Assembly: GCA_030704615.1 (NCBI GenBank)
Contig: CM060731.1
Span: 51,832,001 to 51,896,000 of the forward strand
DNA: 64,000 nucleotides
From: Takakia lepidozioides
Lineage: Eukaryota; Plantae; Bryophyta
Reading direction: 5' to 3'
Below are positions 26,274 through 38,300 of the stretch, piece by piece. The position numbers and the translations under genes are program-made. The notes below the pieces were generated by a model. The model was not told where the DNA came from. It ran no database searches and was given only the letters and a program-made list of their open reading frames with translations. Within the stretch, counting starts at the first letter, position 1. The number at the start of each line of letters is the position of its first letter.

Positions 26274-27403
26274 ATCGAAAGATCTATTGTTTTCCTATTT
26301 TATCTCTCCACAAGTAGGGATGAGTTTGTGACTGTCGCATGGCTTGCTTTGAGAGTACAGAATTCGTGCACACTGCATTGGACTCTCCCGAACAATGTTA
26401 TTTGTCAAGGAGTTGAGTATAGGGAAAAACCTTCAAGCATCCTAATCTTCAGACAATGTTGCTAAACCCTAACCCTAGGTCGCAATTTGGACTCATTCAC
26501 TTCTGGAAAACGATTTGGTTTGTCAGAAAGAAACATCCTGAAGTTTTGAGTCATACAAGTTGAATCACCTTCCTCATAAGCCCGCCCACGTCACAGTTGA
26601 GCGAAAAGGAACCGGGTTCCAAAGTAGAAAAGTTGGTGCCACCAAATTTTGAAGGATGTGATCTTAGGAGAGTCTGATGGCCAATACCTTGTGCATTGAT
26701 GTTTGGTTCGGCCTATGCCAGGAAGGTGGCATCTTTCTCTGTGCAGCAGAAGCAAGATCAGGAGCAGGAGCTGGAGAAGAAGAGCTTGGAGAGGGAGAGA
26801 GAGCTTGATGCATTCGACCGGCAAAACAACAGTGCAGTGCCTCATCAGCTTGGGAACAACTACAGGGATGAACGATCAAATGGGTTCCATGGGGCTAATA
26901 GCGTAAAAGTGACTTCGTATGAGGAGGAGGCTTTGCGGACAATGAAGGCATTCTGGCTCCCGGCTGCAACTCCTGAAGCGCAAGAGAGAGTCCATGCTCC
27001 ATCCACAGACACTGTTTGCCCTGAGGGTAAAGAGAAGTTGAGGCTCAAGGATCTCTTTTCAATCACTTTCTCTGATGTCCCCTACAGAGAGAAGAAGGAG
27101 ATTGATATCGACGGTTTCAAATATCTCTGTCCTTCTTGCTCTGTCACTTTTACAAACACGTCTACATTAGTTGCCATTAGTACCTGCGGGCATGTTCTGT
27201 GTAAGAAGTGTGCGGACCAGTTTGTGGCCCAGGACAAGTGTTGCCTGGTCTGCAACAAGGCTTGCAAACCCAAAAATTTGGTGGTGTTGGAGAAAGGAGG
27301 CACCGGGTTTTCTGGACATGATGAGAGTTTGGAGGCTACTACATTCAAACACGTAGGCAGTGGGACCGGGATGGGCCTTTCTCGGCCCACCACCCGGTTG
27401 TAA
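25987..27403 (+). CDS. CSU1: Nitric oxide synthase-interacting protein (NOSIP)/CSU1-type RING E3 ligase. Exons 25987-26225 and 26722-27403
   Basis: MPQRHSKNNNDLAFFTYDERKKLGYGTQKERLGKDSIKPFDAC..C, MKAFWLP..TPEA, C-terminal RING CPSC...CGHV.CKKC...C.VC and GGTGF. The GT-AG intron restores the frame (KR|KVA). Confidence 0.95.
26230..26269. repeat. (CT)n microsatellite immediately after the NOSIP intron donor
   Basis: Direct reading. Confidence 0.95.
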
Positions 27404-29591
27404 TAATGTCCTGATCTTGCAGATCAGCTTCTCACTCTCTCACACACATATACCGGTAGACAACAGTAGACAATTAAGCTTCTTTTTAATTTCTTGAGAT
27501 GTAGCCTCTCCCTCAGTTCCTTTTCCAAACTACATTTTTTTTAGCAAGCAAACTGTAACATGTACATCAGCAATATTGTCTTGATATTTTAGAGAAGTTT
27601 TCTGCCTTTCTGAGTGGTGTTGTGGATGTGGACTGGTACAGCCACACCTCTCTGCCACTGTGTACAGGCCGCAATCGATATCAAGGAGGATAGAATGCTT
27701 GTGAAGTTTGTTACCAGTCCATAACCCAAAATTTTTGGTTGTTGCATCGACATACATTGCATGTTTTTTCTCTTCTGTACTATTATCAACCTCTTGAGGA
27801 GTGGGCTTCATAGTTTCAGGACCACTGGCAAGTCAATGGATAAGTAAGGTGCTGTTCGAACTAAGGCAAAAGTAGCTGTCCTGGAACATTCCTGTTATGG
27901 TGTTAGTGTTAGTCAGTCGGTCGGTCAATATCCGGTCCTCCAGATTGTTGGTGGTGTGGGATATGACGAGTCTCTTACACCGTTATGAATAGCTTAGAAG
28001 TTTTCCCTTGCAACAGGTCATTTGTTGGCAGATTTGGGTTTGCTTTGTGCAATTGCTGTCGTCATGTGTCATGGCACTTGGACAAGTGGTGGCAGGTGTT
28101 GCCAATACCAGTACTCAAGAGCTATGGACAGATTGACCAAGAGCATATGCCTTCCAGTAAACTGCAAACAAATACGCATATATGGCCGTAAGTTTTGGGT
28201 CCTTGGTGTCCCTGTTTTCTGGTGGGAGAAAGATCTGAAATGTGTGCAATTGCTCTTCCCTGCAATTACCTGTCTGCAGCTCTCTCTCCCTCGCTTCTAA
28301 GAGCTGTGGGGAGCTTTAAAGTGGGCTCTCACAGTCTGCGGATATATAGAGACTGGTAGCTTGTGGGACAACCTGCAGCGTGAGGACCGCCCTTGCGGCC
28401 CTGCTTGGGGACAACAGGATGTCTTTCTACTATGGGATCCATGGGAGATACTATCATCTATTCCGAGGTAGCCAATCTCTCAGACGTGTTCCATTAGGAG
28501 GATTAGAAATGCTTAGCAACATATCTGAGGCATTCACTCTTAGACAATTCCTTGAGCAACAGTTGGTTTTGGTCTGAATGTGGAGGGCTCTCGGTCGCTT
28601 CCTTGTTCCATAAGCTCTTTGAGCTTTCCGTGAAGTATCATTTCAACTCTCAATCTATTATAATTCATTTTACAAGTTTATAATGGGATGGTCCCTTGTA
28701 CATTTGCTGCTGTATATCAACACTCTTTTTAATGATTCTTCACTCTTTCAGACGACATTCAAGATACCAAGAGAGAGAAGACTCCAGGCTAGCCGCGGAA
28801 CTTAAGAGCCACTTCACCCCTCCTTTCGGGGCTGCCACGCCTATAGACTTTGGGTGGATGCGTACTCGTGCATGTCAATCTAATGTTAAAACATCAGATT
28901 GAACATTGCAGATTGCACACTGATTATCGCTCCTTTGAAGGGGACAATTGTAGACTCTGGGAGTCGGTGTCGGGAGTGAAAGCGGGGCATGAACCTTCGA
29001 TCGCATTGCTTAGTGCCACAGCAATGTCATGTGTTGTCCGCTTGTCAAGAAGGGAAACATCTATCTGCGTTTAGTCAAGCACAACCTGACGAGTTAGAGA
29101 TTTCTGAAGTCACCGTGGTTCATCCTGATCTCTCTTCCTGATACGACGAGTTAGAGAAACATTTCATGATCTCTTTGCATGTTTGATAGTTACTAGCTGG
29201 AGATCATTCAAATAAGAAGAAATCAAAACCCATCCACTTTGAACACTTTTGCGGGAGGGTACTATTGACCAACATCTGTCCTGATGTATTAAGGAACCTT
29301 TCCGAAAGGAATATGGTTGCAAAGAATCTCCAATCCATCTAAATGCAGGGAATGATCGATTGTGTTGTGGTTCTTTGAAGAATATATATCTTCAGAAGTC
29401 GTACTACTTGTCGTCCTTGCGCTCGGTGTTCTGGGCAGTCTACCAGTTGAGCACCTGACTTGTATCAAAGAACAGGCAGTATTTTTTGGTTGTAGGACTT
29501 CCACAAAACTGGTTTAGAACTACATGGACGTCACAGAAACTGAACCTGCAAAGCTAGAAATCCGCAATATACCTAGACATTGATTAAGTAC

Positions 29592-32500
29592 CTTGGCAGC
29601 GAATACGTCGTTCCTATGTCCAGCAGTGGTGCAAATATTGGCATGTTGAACCTGCAGCTTGAGGTGATGTAGAACTAGCATAAGGTCTGTGAAGAGCCCT
29701 GGTCTGTCCTTGGCGCTCAGCCTCACCATCACCTGCTGGTTGTCCATCATCCTAACCTGCGCAACCAGTCAAGTAGGTCTGAACCAAACTGCATACTGAA
29801 GATTTCCAGAAGTGTAGTCAGAAAGAGATGTTTAATTTCCTTACAAGTACAATGGGGGATTTAACGACTTCCTTTACAGTTCAGGCAAATTTATGTTTGG
29901 CTCCGGAGGGGAAAGGGACAAGCGGAGGCAGGCCACAGAGTGGGCGTTTCAATTTCTTCAAGACTGGAAAGTTTGTATGCGGCCCTGATTATGATTTTGT
30001 AGCTCTGCCACCGCTTCAGACTTACACCCAAGTTGTGCAGAATAAAGCCGCACATTCTGCTTTGTGTGCTCGAATGTAGAGAACAACCCACTTAGAACCA
30101 GTCGGAGCACTCTCATTTAATGGAAAAAACCAACTGGTACATAGATTCTTGCATGGATGAGAGACGTAGGACTGCTTCTACAGTTGCATGTATGGAGAAA
30201 ACGGAGTGGATTGTGGTCAGAGATTACATAACAATCTCTGGCTGCTGCCAGGCTTGGGGCTTTGATATGGAGTACTGATATCCACGAATTCGTCAATACC
30301 CATTGAACAATTGAATTACTGCATTTGGAATCTCAGCAGCTTAGCTCGGAAGGGACGTTGGCATACCTCTATGTGGGGAACTTCGTCCACCGTTACATGC
30401 GTCCCTACCAGTCCAGTTGTGTCAAATTTAACGTCTTCGAACCTCAGCATCGGTGTTGTATCAATGGAGTTGTGTTGGTGTGGACTGGAGGCCAAGGCTG
30501 TTGTTGATTCATTCTTGTTTGACAGCCTCCTCTGCAGGTCCTTCAAATAATCAATCGTATCTCGTAGAGCTGATTCTTTATCGACCTGAATATGTTGCAT
30601 GATGAACCACGTTACATGTGCAGATTACAAACTACTACGCTACATCTTCATCTTCTAATAAGAGCCAAATGTGGAACCTTCTGAAGCATTGGGCAGTCCC
30701 TTTTTTAACATAAATCTAAATCGACTTTTCCACCTTGAATGAGCCTTAATCGCAAGTGGTACATAACTTAGTTAGAGATCTCTAGGGGCACATTGTTTGA
30801 CAAGCACTAGGGTATATACATAAAGTTAGAACTGGTATGTTCAAAATTCTAAGATGCTGACAAAGTGGTCTATTGAGCATTAGGCCACTCGTAGTGCTCT
30901 TACCTCGGAAGCATGAGCATCGTGCCGCAAAGAAGCCTTAAGAGCCTTGAACTTCTCTTTCAATTTCGAGCATTGCTTGTGGCTGTGGGTCAAATTCACC
31001 TCCCTCGAGTCCTCCTCCAGTAATTTGACGCCTTTAGCCTTCTTCCGGAACCTCTCCAGCCCGCTTATGTCATCTTGGCCCTCACCTTCCTGCCTCAAAG
31101 TGTCCGTCCATATAGAGATTGTGTCCTCTGCTTCTACATCTAGTTCTAATTTCCCGGGAGATGCACTAACGGTATCAGACCAGGAGTGGCTTTCAGATTG
31201 ACCCGTGCTACTACGCTTGTACCCTGGCGACTGTTGCGCTCGGTTGATTCCTGCACTCATTGAGTTTGCGCGGACCAAAATGGGGCGTACTTTGACAGAG
31301 CTCCCTTTTTCCGGGCAAGAGCTAGTAGTCCTGACAAGTCTTTTCATGAGCCTTTCAGAATTTAAACCATTCAGAGCTTGAGAGGTCCTCTCAGGTGCGT
31401 GAAGAGTTCGTAGGTGATCCGTATGTTTGGCAGGATCAGAGTTTGGCAAGTGTAATGCGGTTATGTCGGTGGTAGACCAGCTGTGTACCAGCTGCATCTG
31501 CTCCGTGAAAGGGATGTCATCTGAAAGTTGCCTGGGACCACTAGGATCTGACTCTTTGGTGGGCTCGGAGTCGTCCATGATAGGGGAGTCTTCTGAAGGC
31601 ATTTCTTGTTGACTGGATATGCTCACAGTAGGCCCTGTGGGCAAGGATCCCATGGACTGTTGTTCTTGGTTCAGGTTATCATCACACTGCTGTGAGGCAC
31701 TAGATTTGCTACGAGGCACCGGCACTGATGCTTGACTGGAAGATGGCCGAGCTGTAAAAGAGCTCCCTAGTTGATGCAAGAGAACCCCTCGCCAGAATTT
31801 CGGCACTCTTCCATACTTGGAATCCTTACTCATGTTTGACGAGGCCGGTGTGCAAGGATCTTCTACCTTGACGGAGTGAGCCTTGGGCGGGAGATGGAGT
31901 AGACGGTCTCGTAGCATCTGCTGCTGCAACTGCTCATCGAGTGGGAGATTCTCTAGGGAAGTCGATTCCTGCATCTCGTTGACTTCTAGTTGGTTGTCCG
32001 TGTTGTAGCCTACGCAGCTAGCCGACAGTTTCTCTTCTCCAAATGGGGCGAGCTGATGAAATTCAGAACAAGCTGTGTGCGTATTGGTTCCTAGAGACAA
32101 GCCTTGACATGATCCTCCTTCGGAAAAGAGGTCTCTTGGCAAGTAATTTTCCATGTCACCACTTGCTAAGTCATGAGAACCAACACTACCAGAGGATTGC
32201 ATTGTAGCTTCACGGGTAATCCGGAAACGATCAGAGCGAGTGCCGCCGAAGGTGGTGGCGACATGATTGCAGTTAATACCATCTGTGAGTTGCTTCTCGA
32301 ACACACTCCTAACAAACTGTGCAATGCCGAGGTCGTCAGCCATCAACGCTGTGGTCCCAATCTCCACCACGCCTCCATGCACCGAAACAGAGACAACCGT
32401 CTGCATCCCCACCCATGTGCTACACTATTTAGAGAAGGACAGGCACGAACATCACATATCCAAACACGGTAGTGAGGTTTGAGCGGAGACCTGCCAGTAT

Positions 32501-35338
32501 TCATCAAAGCAGAAACTTCCCAATTCTGAATGTTTCATGTAGATTAACCCTCACGAGCTTACTAGATAATGAGTCCGTGATACCTTGTATCCATGATGGA
32601 AATTCAATCTAAGATGTGTCATCTATCGGTAGGGGGCTGATTACCTTCAACCCGGATTCTCACCTTAATGCCCGCAGCCTGCACTTCTTGGACGACCACC
32701 CCATTCCATCGTTTCATGCAAGACGCCGCCACCAAGTTGCTACACGTTAGCATTACATTTAATATGCAGTTCCAAAGTTTCATCACTCCATGCCTGCAGA
32801 TCATTTCTCTTTCATGAAGGCATGGGCTTGCAACATTGTGTTCCATTCGTGAACGGTTGGGCAAAGACTAGACTAGACTAGCCTAGCCTAGTTTAGTTCT
32901 CTTCAACAGTCAAACATTACTCTAGAGTCACTGGTAGCTCTTGGAGATTGGGCAGCTTGCGAAACACCTCGCGCGATGGGTCAATCGCAGACTTTGGACT
33001 TGCGGGTCATATCCTGTGGATGACAACACCGCTCAATTGATGTCAGGAAGTAATAATGAGTGGGCACCCCAAATTTCTTCTGGGTACCCCATTCAGGAGG
33101 TGCCACTCGCTCATTGGCTGATTTCCAAAGCTGGCCTAAAGAGGCGGCCCTTGGTAATCTACAGACTTGCTTATAGCAAAGACTTAGCTCACAAGTGCAT
33201 TAATTGATGGGATGTCCGCAGGTTGCCATGGTGATGGCTGCTGCTGACAGAGGACGGGACAACACCCAACCGAGCTCCGGACAAGAACTAACTTGAATTG
33301 ATGAGCATACACATGTCCGTTCGAATTCAAAATGCTCACTACTCGAGAGGGTTTAGTCACGGAGCCCTATGAATTTTGGAACATGCTCAAGGGTTGCTAA
33401 TTATGCTAGAGCTCTTCAGATAGACTTCAGACACACGAGTTCTGATATATTCATAAAGTAAGATGACCAGGCCCAGGATAGATTTGTGGTTGGGGCGTGA
33501 ATTAGATTGACTGCCCAGCGTGGTTAGGGAAACTTAATGTTCAGTCCTCAAAGTTTTCGTTCCATGATCGGTTGCCCTGGTTTCAGAAACAGGATGGTCA
33601 GCTGCCTAAATTGACCCAGGCATTTCGTTGAATGTACATACCTCGACAATCGTCGAGTCCCAAGCGATCCCTGAGTACTCACAGACATCTACTGGGGTTG
33701 CTGGTCAGTGAGCAGGCTACCATTAGGTTCTCATTAGGCTAACACCGAATTAGTCACTGTCGCAGTGTCATCGTTACTACATTATGTAGATTAAGCGTCC
33801 GTAGATGAACTGAGAGCATGTACCTTAGCCAGATCAACGCGGCTGAATTCCAGCATGCTAACATCATCAGCATCAGCGACCCAATCATACGCCCCTGTGA
33901 CTATCGTCTTCGCAGGAGTTCTGACCAACAACTCAAAACAATTAAACCATGTGAGCTCGCTCGTGCAAACCATCATGATCTAGTGTAGTTACCTGGGATT
34001 GGATATGTTGAGTATCAATTGCACAGCTGCCTCTCCGGTACTTTCTTCAGACTTCTTACTAGTTTTTGAATTCAGTTTTGATAAGCTATTAAAATTAAGG
34101 TCATCACGGAAGCTGATACCACTTACCTGAACATGTCCAACAGAACGTTACAACTTTGCAGAATTCGTCCGGATCAAGTCTGTCCGGACGGTCTCATTGT
34201 TCCGGCTACGGTGAGAAGATGAATCGACCTCGGCTAGTTGGAGATCAAACAGCTTAATTTAAAACAACTGGCCAGCGCTCAAGCCTACCCATGTACATGT
34301 GTTAAGCTTAGTTTGCTTGATTTTCAGTCTACTTGTAGATCTTCTCCAGTTCAGAGTTCGGCTTTATCTTACGGCTTCACTATGCACTCTCATGAATTAT
34401 GTTGAATATCTGTAATGATGATTCGAAGTCTTCAAAGACATTTTCGCTCATATAGTGGTCCGATAATCTTCAAATTGTTCTGGATGGTGATGGACCAATG
34501 CAGCAGGAGTGACCGGTGACATAAGAGATCGGAAGTACCCGTATGTGCCGAGTGGAAATGTGTAGGAGGATGTCATGAGGTAGAACCACTCTGTACTGCT
34601 TAATCCGCTGGCGAGCATTATATCCGCACCTGGTCCAAACGCTATGGTCTGAAGATCTTGCAGCACCTGTCGGCGTGCTTCGCGCTGCTGCCATGTTGAG
34701 CGGGGCATGACTGTCTCCTTGCTTGGATTGCTCTCCACGGGGGCTCCATTGTAATATCCCTCACCCCACACCACGGACCTGGAACATAAAGCCACACTCT
34801 TAGACCAGCGCTAGGCATTATGATAGGCAATTATGGCTGCCATGTTTTGACGAATCAAACCTGCACAGAATGATTTCCGATGGATTTACTTGTTTTTCTG
34901 AAACGTACTCTAAAGCTTTCCTCAAGGAAAACGTATCTACCTGCATGTACCGTGCCATGTTCGTTGTGGAAAGGGAGCCTCCAAGTTCGAAGAAGCCTTG
35001 AATCAGGAATCCAAAAGATGTGCCACCAATCGCTGATTTCTATCAGATGCAGCCACACTATCCCGTGTCTCGTGATCGTCTAAACTACTCGTGTTTGCAT
35101 ATAGTTTACAGTAGCCAATTCTATTCCAGACTACTTCTCTTACATCGCGACATCTGAGTGACTAACATTATCAAACGATCAAAATCTAGATGACATAATT
35201 TCTACTCTGGTCAACACAAAATGTCCACAACGAGTACCTTTCTTCTGGACAGTACTCCCAAAGGATAGCGTAAACCCAGTTAATGTTCTCCGCCACCTCC
35301 TGCAGCAAATTCCTCTTTGATAGCTGTCGATTGTCCAT
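29592..35338 (-). CDS. bHLH-MYC_N + bHLH + ACT-like transcription factor, subgroup IIIf-like. Exons 35338-35238, 34778-34539, 33920-33824, 32678-32664, 32400-30904, 30585-30367, 29756-29592; final exon below 29500 uncertain
   Basis: MYC_N motifs W.YAILW, WGEGYYNG, LSSTEWFYL..SSYTF..G.G, FSR..LAK|AAGIK|TVV.V....GVVE.GT. HLH motifs KLKEKF.AL and VDK.S.L.DTIDYLK.LQ.RL. ACT-like motif DRPGLFTDLM..L..L.L.V. Confidence 0.88.
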
Positions 35339-38300
35339 TCTTGAGTCCAGGATTATCTCCTCTAGCAGATTAACACTTGATTCTAAGTCGATCAATCAGC
35401 TACGTCGATGTTAGCTACTGTTCAATTCTGCGTGTGAATAAACAGCGCCACTTTCTGCTTCGTTAGCTTTGATCCTTTGGTTCACGTAGTGTCCTTGCCT
35501 GCACCTTCGTTGTATATACAGCTACTCACTGAAACGTCTGCTGCACCGGTTCAAATCTATTTTAGTTACGAGAAGGAAGCCGCACTGGCAATTAGAAGAG
35601 ATATAAGATTTGTGACAGTTGATTCAGTCAGGAAGACAAGACTGAAGAGAGAAAAGTGAGTGCGCCTGCGCCCAGCTTTCAATTGATCAATTGAGGGAGA
35701 GTGAACTGCATAAAGAGGAGAGAAGCCCAACGGCTAAGGAGGACAGGGCAGGGGAGATCTGTAAACTGCCCAGAGTCCACTGTCTCGTCACAAATAGTGA
35801 GCTAGTGTAAGTTGACATCTAACAACCCGGTTAGTCAATTGTCGTGGGACATATAAACTGGACTCTGGAGAGGAAGCTTGCTGACCACAAAACACGTGTA
35901 ATCTGAGCTCAGAGTGCACGTACGAAAGGAGTCCGAAGAAATGTCCACTTCAAACTCCATCGCTTCTACCGAGGTATACGGCCCGTGTCCAACAGCGCCT
36001 GCACCTAGCTAGCTCCACCGAACCTCGCAAGCTCGGCGAGGTCTCGAAGCTTGAGCCATCATCTTGCAGTCAATGTACAGGGTTCGATCGCAGAAGGGAG
36101 GGATCAACGCTGGCTACCTCTTCCTGCGCTTGGGAGATGCACTGCATACTCCAAAATTCGTTATTGCAACAGATCGCCAGACACTCATGAGTCATCATGG
36201 GAGCAATATTATTATTAGCCCATCGCAGCCCCAATCCAACTTTCAACTTCTAACTCCGTTTTGTCGTTTTGCAATTTGCGCTTCTGCGCCTCCAGCAACG
36301 GATAACTTGGTATCAAAAGTACAGATCACGAGTGTACATCCTCTTACTCAAATAAAGACTATGAAACACACAACCTCGCGTTTGAAAGCCCTAGGGGATG
36401 CTATTAACATTTACTCGTGTGAAATCAAACAATTTCACTTCGGAACCCATCTGAAGTCCACTGTAGATTGTCTCACATCGTGACATTATCCATGTTGTCC
36501 ATCATCTCGCAATATTCAATAGCCTCTGTTGACATGCTCACACTCAACTGTAGCACCCTAGTCCACCTGACCAGCCAGCGAGCAGCCAGCTCTATTGGCT
36601 CAGCAACTGATTTCCTTTGGGTTTGTTCTTCGCTCTCTTATCGATTGTGATGTTAAGTTTCTAGCCCCCAAAATTTCAGTCAGAGTCTACGTAATCTAGA
36701 GTAGATATTGAGCTATTCTTAAATGTAGTGCGTCTTTGGGGCTTTCTTTAATGAAAGAGGGGGTAGAATTTCCCTAACAATTAACATGTCAACACTTATG
36801 TATTGTCGAAGAGGGTATGAGGCTAAATGTACATATCAATCTAGAGTTACAGTATCTCTTCAACTGTCGCTGCATGAGACTTGTACGTAGAATGGTCCGA
36901 GCTGAAGTTCTCACAGATAAGGAAATACACACATTATTGGTCCTGTGAGCCTTGTATACCGCCAGCATAAGTCCACTGGGTACTACCTCCCCCAGGTAAT
37001 TTAAGCTTAGATCTAGGATGTCGCAAGCACCTAATGCTGACCATCCCAGCTTGTAGGCTACTACTTCTCCAACAGACTGGCCCACCAAACGGGTCCCCAG
37101 AGATTTCCAACACATCAAAAGCCTGCAACCACAAAATGTACAAGTGCGCTGGCAGGTGCAGGCGAGATCGCTGATCGCTGACCCTCCCTTCTAGGGACGT
37201 CTGCCAATGGCGTCTCAAGACACTGCTCTACAGACTGCTTCCGCATTGACTGCAAACTGTCCCCAGTTCTTTTGGTCGCCGCATCATGCGACTCTCTTGT
37301 CGCTTGCGCCTTATTTTTCCTGCGTGGCGTCACTGTCGCATCTCTTCCCTGACTCCCTCTCTTCCCACTTTTGACTCCCCCTTCCTCGTGTTCTTCCTCT
37401 GCTCTTTCCTTCGCTTCACCATCTTTTTACTTCCTGTAGCGGGCCCTGTAGATCTGTACCTATCCGTGTGTGCGAAGGTTGTTATTTTTCACATCTGTGC
37501 GAGGACCCCGCTGGCTGCTGCTGCGTTCGGTTTCCGGCCACGGTCAACGAGTCCCGCACGAATCTCGTTCAACGAATGGATGTACACCATCCATTCCCGG
37601 ACTCATGGCTCCCCTTAACCTCTTACGGGACGCACGTGCGACACGTGACAATCGTGGTGCGGACCCAGCGTGTGAACGGGGTGTGCAGTGTGAACGCGCA
37701 GTGGCTGATCCCAATCGAGCGGATGAACAGACATTGCAGAGCGTTCATCCGAAGTATTCATTTATCCGGCCCGGTTCTGAATGTGAAGAATGTTGCGATA
37801 TCGTGGGGCGCTGCGTGTTGTGTTGCGAGGCTGCATTCCTGCCAAGATTCCCAAGGGCCCATGCTGTGGCCGTATGCTAACGATCTGATCTGACCCCTTC
37901 CACGCCGCCTCATCCAGGGAGAAGGGAGACCGGATTTTCAATACAGCACTTCCGTGACGCGTGCTGTATGTCACACTGCACAGATTGATCCATCACGCAG
38001 TTTGCTCTATCATGAAGGCAAGTTCTTCCATCCAATATTGACCAGCCTGTTCCATGAATGCACATCGGTGTGAGTTGACGCAACGAGCTCATTTCAATTC
38101 AATGCAGGGCTACTTACCGGCCGGCTGTTACCGCTCGGTAACTTATGAGTCATGACTCTCCAATGGCCAAATTATTTTAGTCAGTTTAGTCATGACTCTG
38201 CCATGTCAAAATTACAGCCCTTCAACATGAAGGGCAAATTTTTTAGAAAACTTGCAAATGCAAGTCTAAGGTACCCTTCAAAACTGAGCACTGCTGCCAT

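Noticed and set aside
25022-26480. Telo-box motifs (AAACCCTA) near the DRM/NOSIP divergent promoter and in the NOSIP intron
   Set aside because: Common plant promoter element with only one or two units. It is not an interstitial telomere, and there is no evidence of function here.
28330-28470. Possible decayed kinase fragment (YIETGSLWDNL...)
   Set aside because: Similarity is too short and frameshifted to support a call.
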